DNA of 22,163 nucleotides from contig JAKMXF010000017.1 in the NCBI GenBank assembly GCA_024704765.1, positions 1-22,163 on the forward strand. Reading direction: 5' to 3'. Source of the stretch: Oopsacas minuta. Its lineage: Eukaryota; Animalia; Porifera. Positions within the stretch are counted from its first letter, which is position 1; each line of letters starts with the position of its first letter. Both the position numbers and the translations under genes were made by a program. Positions 21,243-22,163 of the stretch are shown one piece after another. A model generated the notes under the pieces. The model was given only the letters and a program-made list of their open reading frames with translations. It was not told where the DNA came from and did not search any database.

Positions 21243-21592
21243 GCCCTACTTATAGATGATAATATTTGGCTAAATAACTTGGAATGCTTTATATTAAATT
21301 ATAATTCAATACCTGTAAATCTCGTTTTTGGTGCGGAATTAAATGAAATGTTAAAATTTTAGAGTTCCTTTTCATTACGAATGTAAAACTTCAGCCGTGA
21401 TAGGTAATTACTCAATGAACCTAATTGTACTACTATCAACTGTTCTCTCAGATATTTGATAATTAATCAACATGATTTACTGTATCTCCTGACTAATAGT
21501 CAAGAATTAAAGCGTAAAATACATATAAATGAATATTCATACGTAGTATTTGCTACATTTGTGTATTCTTTTAAACAACTCTTCTATTCTCA

Positions 21593-22044
21593 ATGGACCC
21601 TGATCAGCCCTCCTTCCGGCAGATCAGAACAAACAAGGGAGGACAAAAGCTGTTAGAAGGAGGATACCAATATTTGACGCACAGGAGAGTTGGAAAAAAT
21701 TCACATTGGCAGTGTGAGCAGAGAGGAGAGTGTAAAGCAAGGGTTCATACGAAGGGAATGGAGATAGTGAAGCGTACGAATGAGCATCTGCATGCACCTG
21801 ATGTGCAGGCTACGGCCTGCTGTGAGATAAAGGCCAGCATCAAGAGGAAAGCACGAGACACACAGGATAGCTCACACCAGATAATCGGTGAGGGTATGCT
21901 AACAGCATCAGAGGGTACTGCTGCTAAACTACCTAAGCTGGACAGCCTGAAGCGGACGATACAGCGTCAGCGTGCAAGTGTATTATCAGCTCCAGTGCAG
22001 CCTACCGCCCTAGCAGAGTTGGTTCTACCTGCAGAATACCAGCG
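21593..22044 (+). mobile_element. N-terminal part of a FLYWCH-domain MULE/Mutator-like transposase, truncated by an adapter artefact
   Basis: KGGQKLLEGGYQYLTHRRVGKNSHWQCEQRGECKARVHT...NEHLHAP is a FLYWCH/WRKY-like C2H2 finger, followed by SLKRTIQRQR...P. Higher GC than the flanks. The DDE domain is not in the window. Confidence 0.75.
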
Positions 22045-22063
22045 AGATGTGTATAAGAGACAG
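22045..22063 (+). other. Nextera/Tn5 mosaic-end adapter contamination
   Basis: Exact AGATGTGTATAAGAGACAG, translating as DVYKRQ in the ORF track. Confidence 0.98.
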
Positions 22064-22163
22064 CTCAGACACATCAGGTACTTCACTACATCCACATATC
22101 CGTCCTCAGGCGTTGCGCCTTCTCAGCTATAATCCAGCATAATTGAATTTTCAGTTCAGTTGC
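22064..22163 (+). repeat. 100-nt exact copy of 18034-18133 (mate-pair junction chimera)
   Basis: Base-for-base identical to 18034-18133 and begins immediately after the adapter. Confidence 0.97.

Overview
AT-rich, intron-rich eukaryotic (probably animal) scaffold made of four N-separated segments: 1-10823, 10825-14469, 15008-17972 and 17974-22163. A complete 15-exon PARP1 gene (2970 nt CDS, 989 aa by my exon sums) is on the minus strand. Its exons fall in four blocks (1-5, 6-10, 11-13, 14-15) in the reverse of the order a minus-strand gene needs. Every block boundary is an N, and two MITEs are split across the ends that the transcript order predicts should be joined. This is almost certainly a scaffolding error: the true + order is segment 4-3-2-1, not biological scrambling. 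The last 119 nt are a Nextera/Tn5 adapter plus a 100-nt copy of 18034-18133. The best biological leads are: (i) the 3' part of a calcineurin-A-like phosphatase with no recognisable calcineurin-B-binding helix but its own two EF-hands; (ii) an intronless membrane-anchored Sel1-repeat gene nested antisense in PARP1 intron 3; (iii) a possible nested ORF in the phosphatase intron; (iv) several transposon families, including two P-like foldback MITEs with 7-bp TSDs and a FLYWCH/MULE fragment. All exons were read by hand, with no database searches.
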